In this document: positions 26,894 through 35,130 of the stretch, piece after piece
Layout: every line of letters begins with the position of its first letter
Position numbering within the stretch: the first letter of the stretch is position 1
IMG/VR virus record: IMGVR_UViG_2541047877_000008
Length of the DNA: 40,927 bases
Source: a virus
Taxonomy: Duplodnaviria; Heunggongvirae; Uroviricota; Caudoviricetes
Strand: one strand, 5' to 3'
The notes under the pieces: generated by a model
Told to the model about the DNA's origin: nothing
What the model saw: only the letters and a program-made list of their open reading frames with translations
The model's database searches: none
Program-made: the position numbers and the translations under genes

Positions 26894-27742
26894 ATGAAAA
26901 ACTTTAAGGTAATTAGTATGTTCGAATCGTTCAAAGAGCTGTTTTTATCTACTGCCAATACTGCCGTGCATCGAGCTAAAAACCCTGTGCTAGGTGCTTT
27001 TGTTATGTCCTGGTGCGCCTTCAACTGGAAATCACTTCTTTATCTATTTTTTAGCAAATCAAATATAATAGATAAAATTTCATACATCTCAGATAACAGC
27101 ACATGGAAAACTGTTATGTTTTATCCATGCTTATCTGTAATTACTATCTGCTGCCTATTACCATGGGTAAACAATATCATTAACGTATGGCAAGCAAAGC
27201 CTCTTGATAATAATGACTCAATCGAAAATCACCGGAAGGCAAGAAAAATACAACGTGAAACACGGCTACAGAGATTGCTGGCTAAAAAAGACATTACTTA
27301 CGAAAAAGTAAAAACAGGCGCTGAAAAAAACATTCAAGACATGAAAGAGGAAATAATTCTTTCAAAAGACAGAATGGGACAACTCACATCTGAATTGAAA
27401 GAGAGGGAGACAGAACTGCGCGCAGCACAAGCTCGTATTTTAGAATTATCTAAGGTTATTCATGAAACAACATCTAAACTAGAAAATCTAGAAAAAGCCC
27501 ACAAAAATTTAAAAAACGAATATGAGTCCTATAAGAAAAACATTCCTTTGGCAACAAATAATACAATTGCTAATGGGTTTGTAGGTCTAAAATCATTACA
27601 AGACCTTAATGAGTCCGTAAAGAAACTTGGCGTTACTGGAATTAACAATCCAGAAATCAGTACATTATTGAATAATCCTCTAGTAAATATAAATGGTGGT
27701 TTAAATTCCACCCATCAAAGAAAATCAAAAACACAAAAGTAA
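26894..27742 (+). CDS. AT-rich membrane-anchored coiled-coil protein (cargo gene; candidate abortive-infection/exclusion protein)
   Basis: Track ORF 26822-27742; start probably ATG 26894 or 26918 (both with AAGG-type SD; 26918 fits the promoter better); two N-terminal hydrophobic helices then long K/E-rich coiled coil; inserted between terminase and portal on the opposite strand. Confidence 0.5.
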   Translation: MKNFKVISMFESFKELFLSTANTAVHRAKNPVLGAFVMSWCAFNWKSLLYLFFSKSNIIDKISYISDNSTWKTVMFYPCLSVITICCLLPWVNNIINVWQAKPLDNNDSIENHRKARKIQRETRLQRLLAKKDITYEKVKTGAEKNIQDMKEEIILSKDRMGQLTSELKERETELRAAQARILELSKVIHETTSKLENLEKAHKNLKNEYESYKKNIPLATNNTIANGFVGLKSLQDLNESVKKLGVTGINNPEISTLLNNPLVNINGGLNSTHQRKSKTQK

Positions 27743-27745
27743 AAA

Positions 27746-29215
27746 TCATTCAAATGGGTCATAGTCTGTTATAGCCCTGCCCTGCTGCTGCCGTGGGTCA
27801 TTAGTTTTCTTGGCTACCGGGAACGCAAACGTCAGCAGTAGCGCATCGCCTTTACCCGGCGAACGCCCAAGCCGCTCCTTGATATCTTCCTTCGGTTCGA
27901 TAACGATTTTACCGTCCACTCGAACTTTGTACTCTGCCGCCGACAGGTCGTCTGCTGTTTCCTGGTCATCCAGCATGCCGCCCAGCCTCAGCCATGTCTT
28001 GCATGAATTGAACATCTCCCCACGCTTGTTGAGCATCTGCGGGTCAGTAGACGCGCCACCGAACGGAACAAGTTGCCATGTACGACCCCATCCGTCACCG
28101 ATTGACTTCAGACCGGTTCCGTAACCGAAGTCGATGAACACCGCGTCAGCCTGATACTGGTCTTCAAAGTCAGCGATACGCTTCGCCATAATCAGATCGT
28201 CGGTAGTCTTGTTGCCAGTCCACAGCACCTTACTGTGTAGCCCCTGCCGCAGGTATATCACCGCGTCATCAACGCCTGAATATGCCGGGTCAACACCGAT
28301 TATCACCGGAGCATGCGCCACCTGCGCAGCGGTTACCACCCGTTTCATTGCCTCATCAGTAAGACCGGTAGGGATAAACTGCAATTCAGATGCATCAGGG
28401 AATATGCCGCGCACACGGATTTTAACGAAGTCGCTGTCTTCCCCGTAGTCATCAACCCATTTCTGCAACTGCTGTTTGTTAGTGCCTTCCACCGTCCGGC
28501 TGTCAATCTGCGCAGTTTTCCAGCGGTGTTTATATTTGCGGAAACATTCGCGGAAACGCCCGGTGTTACGTGTAGGGTTTCCGAATGCCACCCAGATAAT
28601 CTCAGTGTCTTCGTCCGTCAGCGCACCCTCTGCTACCTCCCACACCAGATCGGCAATGTTGGATGCTTCGTCGAATACCACGATGATGCGTTTGCGCTCG
28701 TTGTGTAGTCCGGCGAATGCCTCAGTGTTGTGCTCAGACCAGGGGATTGCGTCAGCTCGCCACCGCTTGTCGTGCCCAGGGTCATTGCTGTACATCGCGG
28801 TAGCGGTACAGGTAAACCAGTCTTTCGTGATAGCAAGGTTCGACCACTTGATAATTTCCGGCCAGGTCTTCGTTCGTAGCTGGTTGTCGGTGTTGGCGGT
28901 CACCACGACCTTACAATCCTCGCAAGTGGACATGCCCCAGTTGATCAGCATTGAGATGAATGCGGATTTACCAATACCGTGACCCGAAGCGCGTGCCAGC
29001 ATAAGCGGCTGATAGCGCGTCTCTGGATTCTGCAGGTGATCACGTATCTCTCGGAACGCATCAGCCTGCCACTGACGTGGACCGGTGGCATGTGCTAATT
29101 CAGTCCCCTCTTCCCCCCACGGGAACGCATAGAGGGCATAGCCAAGCGGATCGTGAGTGAACCCTGCAATATCCTCGATCAACTGCTCTTCAGGAGATAA
29201 CGCTGTATCTGTCAC
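27746..29215 (-). CDS. Terminase large subunit
   Basis: ORF track 489 aa; ATPase/nuclease-type organisation and position adjacent to small-subunit gene; 4-nt overlap with it. Confidence 0.85.
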   Translation of the reverse strand: MTDTALSPEEQLIEDIAGFTHDPLGYALYAFPWGEEGTELAHATGPRQWQADAFREIRDHLQNPETRYQPLMLARASGHGIGKSAFISMLINWGMSTCEDCKVVVTANTDNQLRTKTWPEIIKWSNLAITKDWFTCTATAMYSNDPGHDKRWRADAIPWSEHNTEAFAGLHNERKRIIVVFDEASNIADLVWEVAEGALTDEDTEIIWVAFGNPTRNTGRFRECFRKYKHRWKTAQIDSRTVEGTNKQQLQKWVDDYGEDSDFVKIRVRGIFPDASELQFIPTGLTDEAMKRVVTAAQVAHAPVIIGVDPAYSGVDDAVIYLRQGLHSKVLWTGNKTTDDLIMAKRIADFEDQYQADAVFIDFGYGTGLKSIGDGWGRTWQLVPFGGASTDPQMLNKRGEMFNSCKTWLRLGGMLDDQETADDLSAAEYKVRVDGKIVIEPKEDIKERLGRSPGKGDALLLTFAFPVAKKTNDPRQQQGRAITDYDPFE

Positions 29216-29808
29216 TGATTACCATCCTGACGTTCTTTGAGTCGCTTCCTGGCTGCCGCTATGCGATCAGCAATTGTCACATTCACATTAACATCCAGGC
29301 GTTCTTTGAATGCGTTGACGTCGACGTGCTTACCAATCAGTTCGAGGTTCTTCACCTTGTCAGGCCATTTAATTTTTTTGAGGATTGTCTCTATCGAATC
29401 CTCGTTCATGTTCATGATGGTCGATGACAGATCAAAGCCACTAAGCGTAGTGCGCCAGATTTTCGGCCACTCACGGATTGGTTTAAGGCTCCCATCGTCG
29501 TTGAGGATATCGATCACGTCCATCTGGTCGATCTCCACCAGGCGCATGAGAACGTAATCAGCACTGACGCGCATTCGTTTGTTGCGCTCCTCCATCAACT
29601 CGGCAATCCGTTTTTGAATGCGTTCATCGCGCATCATGACACTGGCTTTAACTGCCGCTGTATTTGGGGAGAATCCTGCGTTAATCGCTGCCTGAGTCTG
29701 GTTTTCAGGCGTTTTGATGTATGACTGGCAATAAGCCTCCTGCATTGCTGTGAGCGGCTTAAATTGCGTTGATTTGCGTTTATAGGTTTTAGGTTCAGCA
29801 GGCATCAT
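29212..29808 (-). CDS. Terminase small subunit
   Basis: Track ORF 29212-29886; start moved to ATG 29806-29808 (MMPAEPKTYKRK...) because a terminator hairpin lies inside the longer reading frame; SD GGTGG upstream. Confidence 0.6.
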   Translation of the reverse strand: MMPAEPKTYKRKSTQFKPLTAMQEAYCQSYIKTPENQTQAAINAGFSPNTAAVKASVMMRDERIQKRIAELMEERNKRMRVSADYVLMRLVEIDQMDVIDILNDDGSLKPIREWPKIWRTTLSGFDLSSTIMNMNEDSIETILKKIKWPDKVKNLELIGKHVDVNAFKERLDVNVNVTIADRIAAARKRLKERQDGNQ

Positions 29809-29850
29809 AACCACCGTGGTAATAGTTACCGTTGTGGTAATAGTACCATG

Positions 29851-29877
29851 CAAAATAAAGCCGCCATAGTTGGCGGC
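29851..29877 (-). terminator. Intrinsic terminator immediately upstream of the terminase small-subunit gene
   Basis: GCCGCC-ATAGTT-GGCGGC hairpin 29860-29877; on the minus strand followed by TTTATTTTG (complement of 29851-29859). Confidence 0.55.
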
Positions 29878-29926
29878 AGTATTCAAAACCCATCAAATTC
29901 ATCATGCATAATCTACTCGTAACATG

Positions 29927-30268
29927 TCACACTATTAATTTCGTTTCATGCCAGCCTTTAGTCACCCAGCATTGCGAGTCACCATTACACGGGCATGAAT
30001 TAACTGGAACTCTCTCGCCGCACTTACCGCAACGTTTTCTGCTGATCGATTTTATACGCCCGTGCACGCGTGCATCATCCTGGCGGATCAATAACGCTAT
30101 ATACTCACCAAATTCGTAAGGCGCACGCCCGGGGCGACGCGTGGCACAGTTACGCTCCAGCATTTCAATTTCCTGAGCATCAAGCACAATTTCCAGCTTA
30201 CGCACACCAGATGCAGCTTGTCTGGCTCTCTGAGCGGCTTTGCGCTCTGCTGCTGATTTAGCCATCAA
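29927..30268 (-). CDS. Small Cys-rich (zinc-finger-like) protein in the late-regulator position
   Basis: ORF track 113 aa; C-terminal CGKCGERVPVNSCPCNGDSQC cluster; last gene before the terminator and terminase genes. Confidence 0.45.
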   Translation of the reverse strand: MMAKSAAERKAAQRARQAASGVRKLEIVLDAQEIEMLERNCATRRPGRAPYEFGEYIALLIRQDDARVHGRIKSISRKRCGKCGERVPVNSCPCNGDSQCWVTKGWHETKLIV

Positions 30269-30560
30269 TATTTACCTTTATCGCGAACACATTTACCGGT
30301 TTATCGCCGAAGTGCGGATGTGTGATTGTCTTGATTTCATACCCTTCATACGGGGCGTCTATTCTACGACTGGAATCGTCGCGCTTCGGATATCCCTTTG
30401 TGATAATCAGGCGGTCATACTTACGGTTAACGAGGCGCTTATTCCAGTAGTCATTACACAAGCGATACTCTTCCGTTTTCTCTCCGCGAATCATGGCATC
30501 GAAGTATTCACCTTTGACTGCAAGTTGCAGGTTAGCCATTACCGCACCTCCAGTCTCCAT
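30258..30560 (-). CDS. Hypothetical protein, possibly ASCH/PUA-like fold
   Basis: ORF track 100 aa (alternative start at 30539); weak resemblance to small ASCH-type phage proteins. Confidence 0.4.
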   Translation of the reverse strand: METGGAVMANLQLAVKGEYFDAMIRGEKTEEYRLCNDYWNKRLVNRKYDRLIITKGYPKRDDSSRRIDAPYEGYEIKTITHPHFGDKPVNVFAIKVNIDG

Positions 30561-30799
30561 ACCGCCTGACCAATCCGGCTGGCATAGGTATCTTTGGATA
30601 CTGCTCCGTCTTTAGCCAGCTCCATAAGAATTTTGCGCAAATCTGCCGAACGCCATTCTTCATCAGGAAATTCCTTCTCCATTGCCAACCGCAAATTCCA
30701 GGTTGCCATCCTGAATGGATATTCCCCGCCGAGAGCTTTATCTTGCAGGGCTGCCCGGGAACGCATCACCTGCAAAACCTTCTCTTTTACATCCATCAT
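30539..30799 (-). CDS. Hypothetical nin-region protein
   Basis: ORF track 86 aa; translationally coupled within operon. Confidence 0.4.
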   Translation of the reverse strand: MMDVKEKVLQVMRSRAALQDKALGGEYPFRMATWNLRLAMEKEFPDEEWRSADLRKILMELAKDGAVSKDTYASRIGQAVWRLEVR

Positions 30800-31554
30800 T
30801 TCGCCTCCTGCGGCGGCTCTGGTAGCGGCATCCAGTGAGTTACGTCATCCAAGATATTTCCTGATAAATACGTGAAAGCTCTATATTTTTTGTAATCAAT
30901 TGGATTTACAACCCAGTTCCAATATGCTGCCACGATTTCACCTTGACTAAATGCCAGTAACATTTTGGTGTCTTCCGGCATTAGATCACTACAGCTTATC
31001 CAACCATCCGGAGTTACCGGATAGTTGCCATTTACATCGAAGTTTGGCTCTGCGTCCTGAACCAGGAGGATGTAACCATTCTTGGCCGTATCAAGTTCTA
31101 ACGCCTCAGTGACGGTGCCGAAATAGCGATTACCTAAATCAGCATCACAAGTGCTTACATCAATGGAAACTTCCATGCCTTCGATTAATTCTGCCAAGTT
31201 GTAAGCTTGGCTTACAGGTTCGGCTTCCAGTTCTGCTATGCGCTTACTTCCATCCGAGATAACACCTTCGTAATACTCACGCTGCTCGTTGAGTTTTGAT
31301 TTTGTCTCCTCAAGCTCAACTCTCAGCTTCCCTACCGTTAGCGCAATATCCTCGTTCTCCTGGTCGCGGCGTTTGATGTATTGCTGGTTTCTTTCCAGTT
31401 CATCCAGCAGTGCCAGCGCGATATCTGGCGAAAAGTGCTTCATAAAATCGTTAAGCGCATTAATTCGCTGATCGAAGGGCATTACAGGTGCTTCACCAGC
31501 AATTTTTGTTTTTTCAGCGATTTCACGAAGCTTTTGATAATCAATCTTGCTCAC
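30796..31554 (-). CDS. Ead/Ea22-like protein with DUF551-like C-terminal domain
   Basis: ORF track 252 aa; N-terminal coiled coil, C-terminal WISCSDLMPE...THWMPLPEPP pattern typical of DUF551. Confidence 0.45.
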   Translation of the reverse strand: MSKIDYQKLREIAEKTKIAGEAPVMPFDQRINALNDFMKHFSPDIALALLDELERNQQYIKRRDQENEDIALTVGKLRVELEETKSKLNEQREYYEGVISDGSKRIAELEAEPVSQAYNLAELIEGMEVSIDVSTCDADLGNRYFGTVTEALELDTAKNGYILLVQDAEPNFDVNGNYPVTPDGWISCSDLMPEDTKMLLAFSQGEIVAAYWNWVVNPIDYKKYRAFTYLSGNILDDVTHWMPLPEPPQEAK

Positions 31555-32312
31555 TGGTTGCCTCCTTTGCGAAGCTGGGCAGCAAAGTCAACTAACCACT
31601 CAGTCATTTCAACCTTCCCTACCAGGTCTGAACCAGGGTGCATACAGCAATCACTCTGCGCCGCTTTGAAATCCTTATACTCATATTCTTGGGCCACCAG
31701 ATTTTTTGCAGCTTCTATAGCAGCATCCACGCCCTGCGCCCGCACTTCAGCCAGGAAGGCGTCAGTGGACGGAGTTTGCACCGTGATGCTGTCACGCAGG
31801 ATGAAGTACGCGTTAAGCATTCCGGTTTCAGGCATCTCCTCTGCATTAAATGCATCGATTGCAGCATCCATTACAGGGCCAAGTGGTTGAGGGTGTGCGC
31901 TACGGATAGCATCACATTCAGCTATGATAGATTTGATTTTATCTACCAGGTCAGATGGTGACACGTCGTCAGCTGACCGATTAAACCCAAGTGCCTCCCG
32001 AACTGCGCACGACTCCGACATTCTTTGGTCTGCTTGCCCTGCTGACATTGAGTAGCGAGCATTCTCAGCAGCCAGAGCCGAAAACTTCTCGTGTGCCAAC
32101 TTAACAGCCGCATCAGCCTGCTTAATTGACTCAATCGCTCTCTGGTGGTCTTCGGCCAGCGCATTAGCACGCACCAGTTGCACTTCCAGTTGCGTTGCCA
32201 AATCGCTGAGCAGCTTTGCCACATTACGCATATCAACGGCACCACATTCTGCTTTCAGTTCCGAAGCCATCTCATGCCCGGCGGCAACGAACCCTTTGAT
32301 ATTACTTTCCAT
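31551..32312 (-). CDS. Hypothetical protein
   Basis: ORF track 253 aa; Ala-rich, coupled to flanking genes. Confidence 0.4.
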   Translation of the reverse strand: MESNIKGFVAAGHEMASELKAECGAVDMRNVAKLLSDLATQLEVQLVRANALAEDHQRAIESIKQADAAVKLAHEKFSALAAENARYSMSAGQADQRMSESCAVREALGFNRSADDVSPSDLVDKIKSIIAECDAIRSAHPQPLGPVMDAAIDAFNAEEMPETGMLNAYFILRDSITVQTPSTDAFLAEVRAQGVDAAIEAAKNLVAQEYEYKDFKAAQSDCCMHPGSDLVGKVEMTEWLVDFAAQLRKGGNQ

Positions 32313-32373
32313 CTTTACCCTCGCTTATCCACATAACTTATTGATTACATTGATAACTAAAAAGATCGTCGAT

Positions 32374-32718
32374 TCAGAACTCTTCGATGTTCCAGCCACC
32401 ACCTGCTTTCTTTGGTTTAACCGTTACCCCGATGATTCGGAACGGATACTGATCTGCGGCGACTTTGGTTTTCACTCTGGCGTCGTCGGTCCAGAAACCT
32501 TTCACTTCGTGCAGTTCCATCTCGCCGGTGGCGAGCATCACAGCAAAATCGGGCGTATAGAACGTGTTGTCAGCTAACCGCAGCTTGATACCCTCGAATC
32601 GATACCAGGCGATTTCCCCTGCACGTTTACGCTGCTCAAGGTGCTGGCAATACGCAGATTCTGTTTTGTTCATCTGGCCTGTTTTGAGTCGACCAAGAGC
32701 CTGTATCTGTTTTCTCAT
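32374..32718 (-). CDS. DUF1064-like phage protein
   Basis: ORF track 114 aa; pattern YTPDF...HEVKGFWTDDARVK recognised as DUF1064 type; SD GAGG inside the upstream palindrome. Confidence 0.45.
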   Translation of the reverse strand: MRKQIQALGRLKTGQMNKTESAYCQHLEQRKRAGEIAWYRFEGIKLRLADNTFYTPDFAVMLATGEMELHEVKGFWTDDARVKTKVAADQYPFRIIGVTVKPKKAGGGWNIEEF

Positions 32719-32720
32719 GA

Positions 32721-32799
32721 TTTACCTCTAAGGTAATTAAAAACCACATAAGACACGAAATCAATAGAGTTTAGAATATTTTGTTACCTGATAGGTAAT
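32721..32799. promoter_or_regulatory. Two operator-like palindromes (TTTACC-TCTAA-GGTAAT at 32721-32737; GTTACC-TGATA-GGTAAT at 32783-32799)
   Basis: Read from sequence; located between the P-like gene terminator and the DUF1064 gene start. Confidence 0.5.
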
Positions 32800-32810
32800 T
32801 ATTGAGACGT

Positions 32811-32830
32811 AAAAAAATGCGCTATCGCGC
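32811..32830 (-). terminator. Weak intrinsic terminator after the P-like gene (tR2-like position)
   Basis: GCGC-TATC-GCGC hairpin (32819-32830) preceded on the plus strand by AAAAAAA (T7 on the minus strand); only a 4-bp stem. Confidence 0.35.
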
Positions 32831-32835
32831 TGGTA

Positions 32836-33636
32836 TTACTTGATAAATCCTGCCACCTTTCCCCGCCTGTATTCCTCCATCAGCCACTGCGCCGGTGTTA
32901 TTCCCCCAAGGGTGGCGGCGTTAGGCATGCACCCGAAACTTCGCCCTGGTGGATGGTAAACGTCTCTCCCTGTGTCCGGAGGCGTACTCATGGGTTCTGG
33001 CTTTGCCTGTATGCTGATCACCGGATCGGGTATCTGCTGTCCGGAAGCCACCTTTTTCGCCCAATCATCGAGCAGCCTGCGCGCGTGTTTCTCAACCTCA
33101 ATCTCGCTAAGCTGGCGCTGATACATTGCACGGCGGGTATCACATACGACCCAGTACATAACCGGATGTCGCCACGGGAATCTTTCGGGACCACCAGGAT
33201 ATAAACTTTTTTCCTTGCTGTACCGGTGAAACTCCGCCATCACATCGTCAATGGTGACGCCAAGAACCATCTTGCTGTCTTTGCACCACTTGATAAATTG
33301 CCCTGGCGACGGCCAGAACGGAGATTCACTGGCGCGGGCGTGGCGCATACCAGCAGAAACCTGTTCACGGGTTCGGATCCCACCTTCGGCAAACGCAGCA
33401 ATCCACTGCTGTTTTGCAGCAACTTCCTGCTCTGGCGTCTTCAGGTTGGTTACCACTGCCGCCGGAAACAGCTGTTTCAGCTGTTTGAAAAGGGCATCAA
33501 CAAGCCTCTCTGCTGACATGTTCACCACATTGTCATTGTTGACGTACTGATGCTCATAACCTGACATGCGAGAAAGGGCTTCTCCGTCACGGTTTTGTAT
33601 CGCGGTAAAAACGTTGTTCACAAGAAATCCTCCCAT
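32836..33636 (-). CDS. Replication protein P-like (helicase loader)
   Basis: ORF track 266 aa; similarity by eye to lambda P (QQWIAAF..GIRT.EQV.AGMR.AR....FWPSPGQF..WC; YP.GPERFPW). Confidence 0.65.
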   Translation of the reverse strand: MGGFLVNNVFTAIQNRDGEALSRMSGYEHQYVNNDNVVNMSAERLVDALFKQLKQLFPAAVVTNLKTPEQEVAAKQQWIAAFAEGGIRTREQVSAGMRHARASESPFWPSPGQFIKWCKDSKMVLGVTIDDVMAEFHRYSKEKSLYPGGPERFPWRHPVMYWVVCDTRRAMYQRQLSEIEVEKHARRLLDDWAKKVASGQQIPDPVISIQAKPEPMSTPPDTGRDVYHPPGRSFGCMPNAATLGGITPAQWLMEEYRRGKVAGFIK

Positions 33637-34433
33637 GCTTCAGGGCTGTTCCAGTGCGGAACGTTGTTATCAGGTAATGTTGATTGCTTCTGTCTGCTAA
33701 TCTGCAGCCGCCTTGCCAGCTTCTGCTCCCACTGTGCCTGATGGTATGCCTTACCCTCAGCCATCCAGTAAATTCTGAACTCTGCAAGTTCCTGTGCCGT
33801 TGGCAGACTGTCCAGGTAGATCCCCTGCAATGAGCTTTTCCGAAGAAAGTCATCTGATGGCTGCCATTGTTCATGCATGACAAATTTGCCTAATTGCCCT
33901 GGCCCACCAGGAGGAACAAAGTTATTCATCACGGCGTTGTTTGCGTTGGGGTCATGATGCACAGAATCCCCGTTTTTTGTCCTGCTCTCCCTCTCTTGGT
34001 TAAATGACTGGTTATATGACTGGTTCTGGATCCCGTTTTTGGGATCATTCAACATCCCGTTTTTGGGATCATTCAACATCCCGTTTTTGGGTATATTCCC
34101 GTTTTCGGTAACATTACCGTTTTCGGGTTCATTGCCCCCCTCCCGGTTGCCTTTAATGTTCCCGTTTTTGGTTATATTAAGAGAGAAAACCCGCACTCTT
34201 TTTGTCGCTCCCTTTCTCTCTCCGGTATCTGAAATAAGCCCCATTTTCATGAGCGATATAAGTCCGGCCTGCACGGTTTTTTTATTCAGGCAAGTGTCTT
34301 TAACGAGGCGTTCTATGCTGGGGTAGCAGAGGTTATATTCATCGGCTCTGTCAGCCATCGAGAGCAGTATGAGCTTTAATGATGAGCTACCTGGATCTGT
34401 CTCCCAGGCCCAATCTGTTGCATGTCTGCTCAT
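33618..34433 (-). CDS. Replication initiator (O-like): N-terminal HTH domain, repeat-encoded middle, DnaT-like C-terminus
   Basis: ORF track 271 aa; N-terminal LKLILLSMADRADEYNLCYPSIERL HTH pattern; internal tandem peptide repeats (PKNGMLND) coded by the iteron array. Confidence 0.6.
   Translation of the reverse strand: MSRHATDWAWETDPGSSSLKLILLSMADRADEYNLCYPSIERLVKDTCLNKKTVQAGLISLMKMGLISDTGERKGATKRVRVFSLNITKNGNIKGNREGGNEPENGNVTENGNIPKNGMLNDPKNGMLNDPKNGIQNQSYNQSFNQERESRTKNGDSVHHDPNANNAVMNNFVPPGGPGQLGKFVMHEQWQPSDDFLRKSSLQGIYLDSLPTAQELAEFRIYWMAEGKAYHQAQWEQKLARRLQISRQKQSTLPDNNVPHWNSPEAWEDFL
33967..34171. repeat. Iteron array (putative phage origin of replication) inside the O-like gene
   Basis: Copies of TCCCGTTTT(T/C)GG at 33967, 34031, 34055, 34079, 34097, 34115 (TACCGTTTTCGG) and 34160; spacings 24, 24, 18, 18 bp in the core. 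Confidence 0.7.
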
Positions 34434-34448
34434 GATTAATCTCCGCTA

Positions 34449-34649
34449 TCAGCTTGAGTGTTGTGGGGAGGAATTAATCATGATCTGCTTAATCTCTGCC
34501 CTGATGCGACGGTTTGATTCCATGGTGCACTCAACACAGTGTCCGTTGTAAACCCAGCGTTCACTGTCATGTCCGTGCTTACATGGTTTTCCGGTGTAGT
34601 AGCGTTTAAGTCCGCGCTTTGCGGCATCAATACGTGTAATGATTTCCAT
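34449..34649 (-). CDS. Small Cys/His-rich protein in the cII position
   Basis: Within track ORF 34449-34712; ATG 34647-34649 with SD AGGG; motif CKHGH...CVEC. Confidence 0.4.
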   Translation of the reverse strand: MEIITRIDAAKRGLKRYYTGKPCKHGHDSERWVYNGHCVECTMESNRRIRAEIKQIMINSSPQHSS

Positions 34650-34728
34650 GGTAAGCCCTGTTATTAGTATTGGGATTACGGTTATTTTGTGCTGACACAA
34701 AAAAAAGATCAACCATATTTGGTTTTTT

Positions 34729-34745
34729 ATTACCTTTGAGGTACG
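34729..34745. promoter_or_regulatory. Operator-like palindrome ATTACC-TTTGA-GGTACG
   Basis: Between the cro-side terminator and the cII-position gene. Confidence 0.4.
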
Positions 34746-34754
34746 AATAGATAT

Positions 34755-34778
34755 GAAAAGACCGCCGGATGGCGGTCT
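34755..34778 (-). terminator. Intrinsic terminator between the Cro-like and cII-position genes (tR1-like)
   Basis: 8-bp stem AGACCGCC / GGCGGTCT with loop GGAT (34759-34778); on the minus strand followed by TTTTCATAT. Confidence 0.5.
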
Positions 34779-34799
34779 ACAGAGGGTTGTGGCTGGATA

Positions 34800-35030
34800 T
34801 CATGAGTAGAAGAAGTATGCCAGTTCTGCTTTTGAGCGCAGCCATTGTCTTGATTTACAGGCTTTAAAAAGCCCATCCATCAATACCTTACCTGGCATTT
34901 TGCGCTTACCTGTTAAGTGAGTCTGGATATAGTGACTCGTCGTTCCGGCTTCCTGTGCGAAGGCTTCACGCTCATCCGGAGTAAGTGCAAGCCAGTGCTT
35001 TTTGAAATCGAAATGTCCGTTATCGCTCAT
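34800..35030 (-). CDS. Cro-like small HTH regulator
   Basis: ORF track 76 aa; divergent from the repressor gene across the operator cluster. Confidence 0.5.
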   Translation of the reverse strand: MSDNGHFDFKKHWLALTPDEREAFAQEAGTTSHYIQTHLTGKRKMPGKVLMDGLFKACKSRQWLRSKAELAYFFYS

Positions 35031-35065
35031 AGCTATTGCCTGATATTTATTTCAGATAATAAATA

Positions 35066-35130
35066 TTCACCTATAAGGTAACAAAAATCAAGGATAGTTA
35101 CCCATGAGGTGCATTTACCTGTTGGGTAAT
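35066..35130. promoter_or_regulatory. OR-like operator cluster (three 17-bp sites: 35066-35082, 35097-35113, 35114-35130)
   Basis: TTCACC-TATAA-GGTAAC, GTTACC-CATGA-GGTGCA, TTTACC-TGTTG-GGTAAT; centre spacings 31 and 17 bp; between the cro-like start (35030) and the repressor start (35185). Confidence 0.6.

Noticed and set aside
33967-34171. Possible CRISPR array suggested by short tandem repeats
   Set aside because: Repeats are 12-13 bp with 18-24 bp periodicity, lie inside a coding region and have no unique spacers; they are replication iterons.
34753-34809. 18-aa plus-strand ORF starting at ATG 34753
   Set aside because: It overlaps the hairpin interpreted as the minus-strand terminator after the Cro-like gene and is too short to support.
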